The notes: generated from the letters alone by a model not told the origin. Counted from the stretch's first letter, positions 17,103-28,600 are shown. The stretch: 64,000 nucleotides of DNA from Candidatus Poseidoniaceae archaeon (GCA_030747785.1 JASLKC010000026.1:68967-132966); one strand, 5' to 3'. Translations and numbers: made by a program.

Positions 17103-18518
17103 TTAATCATGGCCAGTCATAGACTCGGGCCTAACCCACTCTTCGAATTCTTCAGCGGTTACATATCCCATTTCTAGAGCAGATTCACGGAGAGTAGTTC
17201 CCTTTTCATGAGCATTCTTTGCAATCTTTGCAGCCTTATCATATCCAATATGATTGTTTAGAGCTGTTACAAGCATTAGCGAATTCTCAAGATGGTTATT
17301 GATAACATCAACATTTGGCACGATTCCTTCAACACACTTGGTTCTGAACGCTTTCATGGAATCGCTCAAGATTCGAGCACTGTGCAATAAATTGTGAATC
17401 ATCATAGGTTTGTAGACATTCAATTCGAAATTACCTTGAGAGCCACCAATAGTAATGGCAGTATGGTTACCCATTACTTGGCAACATACCATTGCCAATG
17501 CTTCAGCTTGGGTTGGATTTACTTTACCAGGCATTATCGACGAACCAGGTTCATTTGCAGGAAGTGACAATTCTCCTAAGCCACAACGAGGACCTGAACC
17601 TAACCAGCGCACATCATTAGCGATTTTCATCAAACTAACAGCTAATGTGTTTAGCGCTCCAGATGCAGCCACTACTGCATCATGGGCTGCAAGTTGTGCG
17701 AATTTGTTGGGGGCTGAAACGAAAGGTAGCCCCGTTTTTTCAGCAATAGATGCGGCAACCCTATCTGCAAATTCTGGATGTGTGTTTAGTCCAGTTCCAA
17801 CTGCAGTACCTCCAAGTGCTAATTCATGGAGATCGATTAGAGCAAATTCGATTCTTCGAATATTAGCATCGAGTTGAGAGACCCAACCGCTCGCTTCTTG
17901 TCCAAGGGTAAGAGGAACCGCATCCATCAGATGGGTTCTTCCAATTTTTACGATATCGCTCCAAGCCTCAGATTTTTCTGCTAAAGAATCTCTTAGAGCC
18001 TTCAGATTTGGCAATAATTCATGCGTAAATGCTTCAGCTCCAGCGATGTGCATTGCTGTTGGAAATGTGTCATTAGATGACTGTGCTCGATTGACGTGGT
18101 CGTTAGGATGTACCGGTGATTTGGAGCCAAGTACCCCTCCAGCCATCTCGATAGCACGGTTTGCAATCACTTCATTGGAATTCATGTTCGATTGAGTGCC
18201 CGAACCAGTTTGCCAAATCCTCAAAGGAAAATGAGAATCAAGGTCACCGCTGATGACTTCTTCTGCGGCTTCAATAATTAGTTTTGCAACAGCAGAATCA
18301 AGTTCTCCCAAATCACAATTCACCCGAGCAGCAGCCTGTTTAAGGATACCAAATGCACGGATGACACCGCGAGGCATTTTATCCTCTCCAATATCGAAAT
18401 TTATCAGTGACCTAGCGGTCTGGCAACCGTAGTATCTATCGGCAGGAACCTCGAGTTCCCCCATGGTATCGGCCTCAACGCGGACATCTCCCATGATGTA
18501 ACCGGCGAAGGCGGTCAT
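17103..18518 (-). CDS. fumC: Class II fumarate hydratase
   Basis: [16 protein letters not shown] signature (the fumarase C variant rather than aspartase) and N-terminal [17 protein letters not shown]. The start is either ATG 18518 or 18494. Confidence 0.85.
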   Translation of the reverse strand: MTAFAGYIMGDVRVEADTMGELEVPADRYYGCQTARSLINFDIGEDKMPRGVIRAFGILKQAAARVNCDLGELDSAVAKLIIEAAEEVISGDLDSHFPLRIWQTGSGTQSNMNSNEVIANRAIEMAGGVLGSKSPVHPNDHVNRAQSSNDTFPTAMHIAGAEAFTHELLPNLKALRDSLAEKSEAWSDIVKIGRTHLMDAVPLTLGQEASGWVSQLDANIRRIEFALIDLHELALGGTAVGTGLNTHPEFADRVAASIAEKTGLPFVSAPNKFAQLAAHDAVVAASGALNTLAVSLMKIANDVRWLGSGPRCGLGELSLPANEPGSSIMPGKVNPTQAEALAMVCCQVMGNHTAITIGGSQGNFELNVYKPMMIHNLLHSARILSDSMKAFRTKCVEGIVPNVDVINNHLENSLMLVTALNNHIGYDKAAKIAKNAHEKGTTLRESALEMGYVTAEEFEEWVRPESMTGHD

Positions 18519-18592
18519 CCATGTCCCTTTCCCTTCCAGTCCCCTTAGGGACTGCGGAATCGTGAATACGAACCTCCCCGACCCCACAAACA

Positions 18593-19333
18593 ATGTCGGC
18601 TTACCGATTGGTCTGGTTCCAGCACCTGCACAAGGCTGCAGGAACCTATGTTATCCGAAGGGCAATGGCCAATGGTGAGACCTTTTGGCCAACCCATGAA
18701 AATGGCAATCCAATAGAAGGAGGAGAAGTAATTCCACTTTGGAAGAAGGAAGGGCAAGAACTGACTGATTTCATCAACCGTTGTGAAGCAGATGGAGTTA
18801 CTTTCGTAGCTTGTGAATGGGGAGGGGCAGATTTCTCAATTCTTGCTGACGATGAACGTGTGACTCTACTTACGTGCTTGCGCAACCCCATCAATCGCTT
18901 AATTTCAAATTACAATTATGATCATTATTGGATGTGGACAAAGGCCACAGATTATGTTGGATATTTGGCAGAGGGAAACCTACATTCAACTCCCGAATAT
19001 TACACGCGAATTTTTTCTCGAGTTAACGAAGCCACAAGGAAAGTGGATGAAGAAAATTTACGAATAGCACAAAAAAATCTCGCAGCGTTCGATCATGTGA
19101 TTATCGCTGAAGATGGAATGGATGCATTGAACACCCTAGGTTGGTCAAATGAAAGCGATACGACACACCCTACATTTGGCGACAAGAAGAGGGCGCTGAT
19201 TTTACTGGCAAAATTACGATTTAGGCGCTGGATAAATTACCGTAAAGGAGTGAAACACCTTCCCCCTGAAAGTATGGACATCGAAGGAATGAATCGGCTT
19301 GATTTGGAACTCTATTCTTCACTTAGAAAATGA
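18593..19333 (+). CDS. Sulfotransferase-family-like protein (tentative)
   Basis: 246 aa. The N-terminal [12 protein letters not shown] resembles the PAPS 5'-phosphosulfate-binding loop (h.h.PKtGGT) of Sulfotransfer_2-type enzymes. Confidence 0.35.
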   Translation: MSAYRLVWFQHLHKAAGTYVIRRAMANGETFWPTHENGNPIEGGEVIPLWKKEGQELTDFINRCEADGVTFVACEWGGADFSILADDERVTLLTCLRNPINRLISNYNYDHYWMWTKATDYVGYLAEGNLHSTPEYYTRIFSRVNEATRKVDEENLRIAQKNLAAFDHVIIAEDGMDALNTLGWSNESDTTHPTFGDKKRALILLAKLRFRRWINYRKGVKHLPPESMDIEGMNRLDLELYSSLRK

Positions 19334-19382
19334 GTTAGGTTCGATTGCCTATAACTCGCACCAACCGTTAGGAGAGCACAAC

Positions 19383-19865
19383 TCAAACACGTGTTACGCG
19401 AATAATACCTTGAGGTTGTGCAGGCCTGTCACCAGGTAACTTACGACAATTCTCGATAGCGTAAACATGGTCCATACCTTCGATTACTTCACCAAATACC
19501 GCATGGTTTCCGTTAAGCCAAGGAGTGGCAATAGTTGTTAGGAAAAATTGCGAACCACCAGTATTGGGGCCTGCATTTGCCATAGAGAGTAGACCGGGCC
19601 GGTCGTGTGCTAGTGCAAGGGCAGTACGCTCACAAGGAATCTTCCATCCAGGGCCACCAGTGCCAGCACGTCGGCTCATTGGGTCCTTCGAATGAGGGCA
19701 ACCTCCCTGAATCATGAACTGCTCAATCACACGGTGAAAGTGAAGTCCATCATAGAACCCCGAATCTACCAATTTGAGAAAATTCGCAGTTGTTTCAGGG
19801 GCTTCATCCGTCAGTAGACGAATCAAAATATCGCCGGCGTTCGTTTGCATCATGACATTGGTCAT
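19383..19865 (-). CDS. Cyclophilin-type peptidyl-prolyl cis-trans isomerase
   Basis: FHRVIEQFMIQGG, GSQFFLTT and HAVFGEV motifs. Confidence 0.9.
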   Translation of the reverse strand: MTNVMMQTNAGDILIRLLTDEAPETTANFLKLVDSGFYDGLHFHRVIEQFMIQGGCPHSKDPMSRRAGTGGPGWKIPCERTALALAHDRPGLLSMANAGPNTGGSQFFLTTIATPWLNGNHAVFGEVIEGMDHVYAIENCRKLPGDRPAQPQGIIRVTRV

Positions 19866-19910
19866 GACCTAACTGAGAGGGCAGGTGTTGATGACCCTTT
19901 CCGGTGGTAT

Positions 19911-22900
19911 TCACTGATTTAGCCATGGTCGGAAGTGCTGGTCTGCATATGTTCGTGCATAATCAGCAGGATATCCGGCTGCGAGTAATTGTTGCTCATA
20001 GGCCAATTGTTCAGGAGTAATTGTTGGATCTGCTCCTGCAGCCATCGATAGCATAGGGTCTGCTGCAAATGCGGCATTTGCGAAAGCATCATCCTGTTCG
20101 GAACTACTTCCTCCTCTTCGAATAAATAGTAGACTCAGAATTAAGAGTAGTAAAACTCCTCCAACAATGCCACCGATTGTAACAAGGTCGAAATCACCAC
20201 CCATTGTTCCATCTCCGGTTTCATCATCAGTTCCATCTCCAGTACCATCACCAGTTCCGTCTCCGGTACCATCACCAGTTCCGTCTCCGGTACCATCGCC
20301 AGTTCCGTCTCCGGTACCGTCACCAGTATTGTCAACGATTTCACAGCCATCTACATCGACAGTAACGCCAGCAGTAGAATTTGCACAGTCATCATCAACA
20401 TCGAGTACACCATCTCCATCAGTATCAGGTTGACAGCCGTCTTCATCCACTACCGCCAATGCTGGAGTATCAGCACATAGGTCGTCAGCATCTTGGATTC
20501 CATCACCGTCAGCATCTACAAATGGAGGAGGGCAACCATTTCCACCGTCGCCATTTTCAATTCCAGTAACACCTGGACATTGGTCGCCCATGTATCCTGA
20601 TGAATTATCTCCGAAATTATCCTCATCTTCGTCGACCCACTGGCTTTCATCGAGTGGTGACCAATCATTGAGGTTGGACCAACCATCTCCATCTAGATCT
20701 GCACAACCATAGCGGTCACCCCAGCTCTCGCCCCATGTTGTAGGGCATTCATCGATGATTCCATCACCGGTATCAGTAGTATTGTATCCATCACGGTCGA
20801 CATCGTTTGCCCACAATTCTTCCTCGTTTTGGATATGGAATGATTCTCCAACCCCGTCATTATTGGTTAGATTGTCCTCTGGAATTACGGTTCCCCCCAT
20901 ATTGACTGCAACCCGACATGAGTAATTGCCAGTTGCAAGCGTTGTCTCTAGGAAGTGAGCTGCTCCATCGCTTCCAGCCAATTGTCCGTTAGTCCCAAAC
21001 GTATTCATGGACCCGCTGTCAACTTCATATACCAATTGACCAGCATCGTCGATTAATTCTATGCTCCAAGAGAAGTCGCCATTTACTGGTCCTCGCATAC
21101 TCATCACATCAAAGGAGAAGAACACTTCTTCTCCGCTAATAGCATCAGATGGGCAACTGATATTGGTAACAGCGAGATCTGCAGGCGCAGGAGCAGTAGT
21201 CATTATCGATAGATTGTAGTAACCTTCAGAACCAGCATTTGTGATTACAAGGGTGTAAGCACCATTCATTCCTTCATGCATGGAATCTCCAAGGGAAGAC
21301 CACATTGTACCATTCCACTCAGACATCATGTTTCCTCCTGAATCATATAGTGCAGATGTGAATCCAGTTTCTGCATCAGGAGTGAATGAAACCTCTACAT
21401 TGTGATGAGTATCAAGGTTAAATTGGTATGAATCTGAAAGGTCTTGACTATCTAGGCATCCTTGGCCAGTAAGCGTAGGATTAGTTCCAATAGCCATTGC
21501 ATTTTGCTGGTCGGTTCCAGCATCAGTTCCAGTTCCAGCATCAGAATGCCCGATGCAACTGAACGGAGCAACCCATGGTTGTGGCTCTCCAACAAGGAGA
21601 CGGTAGGTTCCAGCCCCGCCTGCTTCCCAAAATGTAGCAGAACGATTTACCAGAATAGTGTAGGTTCCAGCGGTCCCATTCCAAGTAGTATCCCAAGTTG
21701 AGGCATAACTGTCAGCAAATAGACCAGGATCACTGTCGACCTGTGCGCCTGTAGAGTCGTGTATTGCAAGATTTACCGCTCCTGCAGGAGGGTCGACAAG
21801 AGTTAGATTGAGGTTTTCTCCTTGAGCGAGTGTGATGGTATAGTGGTCAGACACGTCATTAGCATCAATACATCCGCGATACTCGTTTTCACTATATTGT
21901 CCGAGATCAGTTTCGGAACCAGTGGTATTTCCAGCATCTCCACCGAGGCCAGCATCGTTTTGTTGGGCACACGCAGTTTCAGCATTTCCTATACTAAATA
22001 CGCCGTTACGTCGGGCTTCATTGTTATCTTCATCCCTTTCAAGAATTAAGTCATCTTCATCGACAACGACATAGAGATTATACTCACCTTGAACAATATC
22101 CTGAGGTATTGTCGATGGGATTGTAACTGATTGGGTGGTATCAAATGGTATACCGTTGACCGAAATAGTTCCAATTTCATGGTCATACCATTCCAATCCA
22201 AAGTTGACAGAAAGGTAAGAGGTTAGAACTACACTGGCATTTCCGTCTACTGTGCCGCTATTATTGAGTTCAGCAAAGACATCAACACTATCCCCAGGCA
22301 TTGCACTCGCCGCACCTGTGACACTATCGATGGTGTAATCAGGAGCAGGGATAGAAACATTTGTCCAGATATCGAGCGTGTAATTAGAAACACCAGAATA
22401 GTGTGAGACATTCACATAATAGGTGTCAGCAACTCCTTCCCAATTTGTTAGTTTTGTAGATGCAGTTTCTGGATAAGAAGCCGTAATCCCTCTATCGGCT
22501 TCTGTTGCATTACTGTCATGAATATAAACTTCAAAATCAGTAGTTTGATCTTCAGCATCTAAGGAGACTTCAATATAGTGCCCTGAAGGTACATCGAAAG
22601 CGAACAAATCATCACCATCACTTCCATCCATACAACCAGTATATGTTGCAGTCACATTGCTACCCATATTTGTTGCATTAGCCACATCATTTGCAGCATC
22701 AGAACCGAGGCCAGCATCATTCTGCTGTCCACCAAGCAAATCTGTACAATCGTTTCCAACAATCATTTGATTTGCAGAAACCATATCGTTATTTGTTGAA
22801 TCGCTTTCAGTAATATTTCCATATCCGTCCGCCCATACAATCCAATAATAGGAATCATTTGTCAGGTTAGCGGGCAGGGTGATAGACATGGATGTGTTTC

Positions 22901-23732
22901 TACTAGAATTTGCAGCGAGGTCTGGTTCTTTAGAAACTTCATCAAGAATCCTATCAAAGCCATCATAGGTTGTATCTGTTGAAAGAATAAAGAAAACATC
23001 AAAAGCACCAGTATTTGCAGACGAATTATTTGCCAAGTTTTCAACAGTGTAGTTGACATTTATTGTATCTCCAGCTTGTGCTTTAGCTGGATGTGAAATA
23101 GCTGTAATCGTCATATCAGGACGAGGTATGGTGTTGTTAGTCCAGACACGAAGCGTGTATTGTCCATCACTGGACCATAAGTTAACCCAGATGTAGAAAG
23201 TTGTAGCTTGACCTGACAAATTTGTTCCTGCAGTTGTTACCTTTTCTAACGGGTCGTTGTATTCAGAGTAATCATAAAAAATCTGTTTTGTTGAATCTAC
23301 TAGATATAAATCAAAATCCGCACCAGAGGGTACAACTAATTCGACATCAACATCTTTTCCAGCAGTAGTTGTAACGCTGTACATATCTTCAGGATCATTA
23401 GCATCGATACAGCCAGTTACTCCTCCGGTATTTCCGTTATTTGGATTAGTTCCAAAACTTTTAGCTGTGGCACTAGTATTTCCAGAATCACCAGCAGTCC
23501 CCCCATCAGTCTGAACAGTAGGGCAGGCGGCTCTTCCGCTAGTTCCACTTGTACTTATTCGAGGCTGAACATCATCGATATATCTTATTGGAAAATCAAA
23601 TTCAGATACTTGATTAGCAGGCTCCTTTTCCTCCATTTCAACATCATTTATTCCTGCAGAAGCAAATGGGGCTATGGCGGTCAAAATCATTAGGGCTGCA
23701 AGGAGATATGGGGATGTACGCATGGTCCTCAA
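19911..23732 (-). CDS. Giant secreted, C-terminally anchored surface protein: PPC-like and CARDB-like modules, TSP3-like repeats, GDGT spacer
   Basis: Signal peptide MRTMRTSPYLLAALMILTAIAPFASAG. Four modules begin with (Q)NDAG.G.DA and carry G C.D..D..D.Y pre-peptidase-C-terminal-like cores, and three are followed by CARDB-like domains. Then come D.D.DG..D calcium-binding repeats, (GDGT)n, a TM helix (IVGGVLLLLILSLLFI) and a short cytoplasmic tail. Confidence 0.8.
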   Translation of the reverse strand: MRTMRTSPYLLAALMILTAIAPFASAGINDVEMEEKEPANQVSEFDFPIRYIDDVQPRISTSGTSGRAACPTVQTDGGTAGDSGNTSATAKSFGTNPNNGNTGGVTGCIDANDPEDMYSVTTTAGKDVDVELVVPSGADFDLYLVDSTKQIFYDYSEYNDPLEKVTTAGTNLSGQATTFYIWVNLWSSDGQYTLRVWTNNTIPRPDMTITAISHPAKAQAGDTINVNYTVENLANNSSANTGAFDVFFILSTDTTYDGFDRILDEVSKEPDLAANSSRNTSMSITLPANLTNDSYYWIVWADGYGNITESDSTNNDMVSANQMIVGNDCTDLLGGQQNDAGLGSDAANDVANATNMGSNVTATYTGCMDGSDGDDLFAFDVPSGHYIEVSLDAEDQTTDFEVYIHDSNATEADRGITASYPETASTKLTNWEGVADTYYVNVSHYSGVSNYTLDIWTNVSIPAPDYTIDSVTGAASAMPGDSVDVFAELNNSGTVDGNASVVLTSYLSVNFGLEWYDHEIGTISVNGIPFDTTQSVTIPSTIPQDIVQGEYNLYVVVDEDDLILERDEDNNEARRNGVFSIGNAETACAQQNDAGLGGDAGNTTGSETDLGQYSENEYRGCIDANDVSDHYTITLAQGENLNLTLVDPPAGAVNLAIHDSTGAQVDSDPGLFADSYASTWDTTWNGTAGTYTILVNRSATFWEAGGAGTYRLLVGEPQPWVAPFSCIGHSDAGTGTDAGTDQQNAMAIGTNPTLTGQGCLDSQDLSDSYQFNLDTHHNVEVSFTPDAETGFTSALYDSGGNMMSEWNGTMWSSLGDSMHEGMNGAYTLVITNAGSEGYYNLSIMTTAPAPADLAVTNISCPSDAISGEEVFFSFDVMSMRGPVNGDFSWSIELIDDAGQLVYEVDSGSMNTFGTNGQLAGSDGAAHFLETTLATGNYSCRVAVNMGGTVIPEDNLTNNDGVGESFHIQNEEELWANDVDRDGYNTTDTGDGIIDECPTTWGESWGDRYGCADLDGDGWSNLNDWSPLDESQWVDEDEDNFGDNSSGYMGDQCPGVTGIENGDGGNGCPPPFVDADGDGIQDADDLCADTPALAVVDEDGCQPDTDGDGVLDVDDDCANSTAGVTVDVDGCEIVDNTGDGTGDGTGDGTGDGTGDGTGDGTGDGTGDGTDDETGDGTMGGDFDLVTIGGIVGGVLLLLILSLLFIRRGGSSSEQDDAFANAAFAADPMLSMAAGADPTITPEQLAYEQQLLAAGYPADYARTYADQHFRPWLNQ
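20205..20327 (-). repeat. In-frame 12-nt tandem repeat encoding (GDGT)n
   Basis: + strand reads tccatctccagtaccatcaccagttccgtctccggtaccatcaccagttccgtctccggt... The protein reads NTGDGTGDGTGDGTGDGTGDGTGDGTGDGTGDGTDDETGDGT just before the membrane anchor. Confidence 0.9.
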
Positions 23733-23784
23733 CCCTATACCCTCCTCATGGGTGGGCTATGAATGTACGGTATTCTGTTCACGC

Positions 23785-23801
23785 ACCGTACTTTGTACGG
23801 T
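23785..23801. promoter_or_regulatory. Perfect 7-3-7 palindrome ACCGTAC-TTT-GTACGGT between pckA and the giant surface-protein gene
   Basis: Read directly. A third arm copy GTACGGTATT lies at 23765-23774, identical to 23795-23804. The site is 53-69 nt upstream of the ATG at 23732 (minus strand). Confidence 0.3.
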
Positions 23802-23820
23802 ATTGAACAGACTATCCAAC

Positions 23821-25410
23821 TCACATTTGTGGGGCGGCTGCATTCACTTCGTCACTAACGCCTGCAGCATATCGCTCAAAGTTAGCATTGAACATTGCAG
23901 CCAATTTATCAGCGGTTGCATCGAATGCTTCACCATCTTCCCATGTTCCACGTGGAATCAGTATTTCATCGGGAACCCCGGGGCAAGAAGTTGGAATTTC
24001 AAAACCAAAGCGTCCGTCAACAACGTATTCAACACCATCTAAATCTCCGTCGAGAGCAGCATTCAACATCGCTCTGGTATAACGAATTTTCATCCTTGAC
24101 CCTACACCATAAGCTCCACCAGACCAGCCGGTATTTATCAGCCAAGCCGTAGCACCATATTCTGCCATCTTACTTGAAAGTAAATCCGCATATACACCAG
24201 GGTGCATCGGCATGAAAGGCTCTCCGAAACAAGCGGAAAAGGTAGCTTGAGGCTCGGTCACACCGATCTCAGTTCCAGCGACTTTAGCAGTGTATCCAGA
24301 AATGAAATGATATGCGGCCTGTGAAGGAGTCAAACGACTGATTGGAGGTAGAACTCCAAACGCATCACAAGTGAGGAAAATCACATTCTGGGGATGCCCA
24401 CCCTTGCTGTCAGCGGTACGATTATCGATGAATTCAATGGGATAAGAACCACGTGTATTCTGAGTCTTACTTGTATCGAAGAAATCAGGAACACCATCGC
24501 CGTCAACTACGATATTTTCCAGCACGGTCCCCTTCCGTTTTGTAGTCCCGAAAATCTCCGGTTCATCTTCTTCAGAGAGATTGATTAATTTTGCATAGCA
24601 ACCACCTTCAAAGTTGAAGATACCATTAGATCCCCACCCATGCTCATCATCGCCGATAAGTGCGCGATTTGGGTCAGCTGAAAGAGTGGTTTTTCCTGTA
24701 CCGGATAGGCCAAAGAAAATAGCAGTATTTTCACCGGTGGTATTTGCAGAGCAATGCATAGGTAAAATTCCCTTCTTAGGGAGAATGAGATTCATTACAC
24801 TAAAGATGGATTTTTTGATTTCACCAGCATAGCGGGTGCCGCCAATAATTACCTCGCCAGCAGCATAGTTTACGATAACGAAGCACTGTGAGTTAAGTGT
24901 CTCATCAGCAGCCTCAAAATGAGGGGCATGATAAACTGTAAATTGCGGCTGATGTTCTACGAGTTGCTCAGCACTAGGGCGCACAAACATGTTGCGTGCG
25001 AAAGCATTGTGCCATGCGTTTTGATTGATTACACGAATCGGAAGCGCTTCACTTTCTTCAGCACCACAATAGAGGTCTTGAACAAATAATGAATCTCGTT
25101 CCGAGAGGTAATTAATGACTTGAGCTTTCATTCGTTCAAATGTCGCCAAATCTGTTGAAATGTTGACATCACCCCAATTGACATCTTGGTTTGTTGACTC
25201 TTCATCAACGATGAATTTGTCATTTGGTGAACGCCCTGTTCTTTCACCAGTTTCAGTAACTAGAGCGCCGTGAGCCGAGAGAAAACCTTCTCCTCTCGCA
25301 ACCGCAAGGTCGATGAGTTTCATGGTGTCGAGATTCCAATGCGTAGTGGCATCGGTTACGATACCATTGCTACGAAGGTCCCCAGAGGGGACCCCGATGG
25401 TTTTCGCCAT
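23821..25410 (-). CDS. pckA: Phosphoenolpyruvate carboxykinase (ATP)
   Basis: FFGLSGTGKTTLS kinase-1a motif, IGDDEHGW, and length 529 aa. Confidence 0.9.
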   Translation of the reverse strand: MAKTIGVPSGDLRSNGIVTDATTHWNLDTMKLIDLAVARGEGFLSAHGALVTETGERTGRSPNDKFIVDEESTNQDVNWGDVNISTDLATFERMKAQVINYLSERDSLFVQDLYCGAEESEALPIRVINQNAWHNAFARNMFVRPSAEQLVEHQPQFTVYHAPHFEAADETLNSQCFVIVNYAAGEVIIGGTRYAGEIKKSIFSVMNLILPKKGILPMHCSANTTGENTAIFFGLSGTGKTTLSADPNRALIGDDEHGWGSNGIFNFEGGCYAKLINLSEEDEPEIFGTTKRKGTVLENIVVDGDGVPDFFDTSKTQNTRGSYPIEFIDNRTADSKGGHPQNVIFLTCDAFGVLPPISRLTPSQAAYHFISGYTAKVAGTEIGVTEPQATFSACFGEPFMPMHPGVYADLLSSKMAEYGATAWLINTGWSGGAYGVGSRMKIRYTRAMLNAALDGDLDGVEYVVDGRFGFEIPTSCPGVPDEILIPRGTWEDGEAFDATADKLAAMFNANFERYAAGVSDEVNAAAPQM

Positions 25411-25617
25411 GTTCCGGCCATCCGCGGCCCCTCTTTGTCCCTTGCGGTTCGAAAGACCATTATTCGAAGGCAGATTCCACTATCGAATGTATCCAAGTGG
25501 GTGATATTCAAAGGGCGAGAGTCGGAGTGCAGGTTCGTGCCCGAGAAAGAGTCTGAGGATGAAATCCTCGCCAAGCGCGAGTTTCAACGCGCGGCAGGAG
25601 TCGATCTTGGAGATTTC

Positions 25618-28600
25618 ATGATTACCAACTCCCCTCCAGAAACTGAGGCTGAAGAAGTAATCCCAGAGGAAGAAAAAGAAGAAGATGTCGCTATTGGCGA
25701 AGTGGCAGAAATATTTACTCGCGGCGACGCACCTTCAGAAATAAATCGCGATGGTACAGTTGACGCTGAACCTGAATTGGACACTATCACAGAGTATGCG
25801 GTCGAAGGAGAAAAACGAATTCACCTTGGTCTAATGATTGCAATGATAGTGACCTGGTCGGCGATTGGCGCTATTGTTGGAACTACACTAGGACACACAT
25901 TGAGTGCAATTGGATTACTTGCAATGGCCGGCTTTGGCCTATTCCTCGGTGAGATTTGGATAAAGGATAAGCGAATGCATTTGCTTGGAGTTACTTGGGT
26001 CATCATCTCGATGAAACTTCTCTATGGTCTTGCAATTTCAATGGAAGGATGGGGCTGGATCGATTCAACATTACTTGGAATTATTTTGTTAACACTAGTC
26101 GGCGTAAATATTCTAATTGCTCAACGACACGATGAGGACGCAATTGCCGCTCAAGCAACACTTGTCTTGCTCGTCACAGGTAGTGCAGCCGGGGCATTGT
26201 ATGGACAGATTGGTATCGCACTCATGATTGGAGTGGGAACCCTGATGTTCCATGGCTTAGCTTTCCTGCGTAAATCAGGAAACCTTGCTTCACTTGGAAT
26301 TGCGGTATCCTATCTTTGGATAGGAATCCATTCCATCTCAAATGATTGGTCGGTTTTCGGCCTCCATCTCGTACCATTTGAAGATCCACTACTTCTATTC
26401 TTGTTGATGTTTGGAGTGACAGGAATCAATGCTCTTGTGGCAGCGGTTTTCGCCAAGGAAGAGAACTGGTTTTCTTCAGCATTCAAAGCACTCAAACTCG
26501 GTAAACCAGGGCTTTGGTCGGTATCGGTTGGCTTGGGAATGATAGGCGCTTTACTAGCAATTGCAGCGCATCGACACGAAACTGGATACGCATTGGCCCA
26601 ACTAATATTGTTGATCTATGCATTCGCTCCTTCTTATCTCGTAGTTAGAGGTGTAGATTGGAACGTATTACAGCGTTACACATTGTGGCCTGCGCCATTC
26701 CTTTTGGTAGGATTGGTGCTTATGGCGCAGGGAATAATCCCTCTGCCAATAGATGAACCATGGTCCATCTTCGCAGCACTTTCTGCAATTCTGACCGTCT
26801 TTACTTTACTTAGCAATGAATCAGCCGTTTCGGACCACGTTTTGTGGATGGGAGGGATTGTAGTAGTTATCTTACTAACAATTCTCATACCAGCGGGGGA
26901 GTCCGATACCGATGGGGCAAGGGGCCTATTACTCGGCCAGATGGTAGTATGGGGCGGCATGGCCGGGTTATCATTGCAAAGGAACTCACCATCATTAGCA
27001 GGAACGGCAGTATTGGCTCCGTGGATATGGCTGATAATTTTCGCCAGTGATTTTGAAGATAGGTTGGTTAGCATGGATGTAATTCCAGTAGTTCTACCAC
27101 AAATGGAAGTCGGATTCTACATGGCAGGTTTGGTAGCCTTTGCAATCCCAATCAATCTGAAATTAGGCGACACTGGAGTCAATTTAGCTTCTCGATTAAT
27201 TGGAATGTCAGAATTGAGTGCTCGACTAAGAGACTCTGGAATGATGCGCCTTTGGAATATTAGTTTCTTGATAGCCCTTGTAACAATATTATTCATTACT
27301 CGCCAAGGTGCAATCGAGGCAACAGGACTCATCATTTTGATGGGATTAATACTCGTATCCCACTCAGTTATAATGAGAATGGATAGACACCAAGGAACTC
27401 CACGACTCATTCTTTTGTCATGGGGAATCGCGGCGATTATCCTTCAATGGAAATTTGGATTCGCGTCTGTTTGGATAGCCATACTTGGCCTATGTTCGCT
27501 TATTATTGTAAGATGGTCTGAAGAGAACGCACAACGTTATGAAGCCGGAGAAGGGATTTCTGCTGAGGCTTTGATGCCTGGGAAATTGGTAACAATCACC
27601 CTTTCTCTAATGGCGGTGATGGCCATCATTATCTCCTTAGACAAACATATCAATTATGCACTTGATAATCACGATTTATTTCCACTTGGAACCGATGAGT
27701 TACGCCTTTCAACTCTTGCCGTTCTAGGAACAATAGGATTCCTATATCTTCCTCGTGCCTCATCTTTCGATAAGTTGCTACCTCCGGCGATGGCCACTAT
27801 TGCGACATTGATTGCACTTGGGCTAGCCGCATCAGCCCATGACGATACAGTTACCCTATATGCAGTCATTATTGGATTTGTAGTAACTGGTGCTTGGTTA
27901 GCGGCCCAAGGAGAGATAAGATCACGCATGAAGCAGGTTACTATTCGTGAAGAAAGAATCGCTCAAGCCGAAGGGAAAAGAGCGATCAAAGAATATGTGG
28001 AATCGACCCAGGCTCTATCGGGTAATGAGGGCGATAGCGCCCGAATCACGATGTTTGATGCTGATTTGATTGAGCGCACTCAAAAGATGAAGAAGAAAGC
28101 AAAGCGAACCGGACAGTTAAGCGAACTCAGTGTTGTTACTGGTGATATTCATCATAAACCAACAATCGTATTATCATTCATTTCTGTCACCATTTTAGTG
28201 GGAATATTCCTAGCGTGGTCTACAAGATCTGGAGTGATGGCAATCGCTCTTTCTTCATTCATCTCGATTTTATTCATTGGAATAGCGCGTTGGCGAGCGA
28301 ACGAAGTCGGCCTCCATTTACCGGATATGATGGGAATAGAATCACCCGTCGCTGTAACAATGGGCGGTCTAACTCTCATCCATGTTGCATCTAGAGTGGG
28401 AGATGTCTCAAGTAAATTAGAGGACCAAACAGGTCTTGCCGTTCTCACTGGAGCGTTAATTCTTCTAGCAGGCCTCTCACTATTAGGTCGAAAGGACCTC
28501 GGATTACGAATCCCTTCTGCACTTGAAGGAGTTCTAATTCTCTTGTTAGCCTCGCGAATGCTCACTTCCCTAATGGGATTAGATCAACTAAGAGTTGACC

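Noticed and set aside
20167-20433. Antisense ORF encoding (PSPV)n, and the 12-nt repeat as a possible CRISPR or non-coding minisatellite
   Set aside because: The repeat is in frame within a 1273-aa ORF with signal peptide and TM anchor. The units are contiguous without spacers. The antisense ORF is a mirror artefact of the repeat.
25270-25617. N-terminal 116 codons of the track ORF 25270..29325
   Set aside because: This part lies antisense to the well-supported 5' end of pckA (to 25410) and has no membrane or acidic character like the rest. An internal ATG at 25618 (or GTG 25537) gives a non-overlapping gene.
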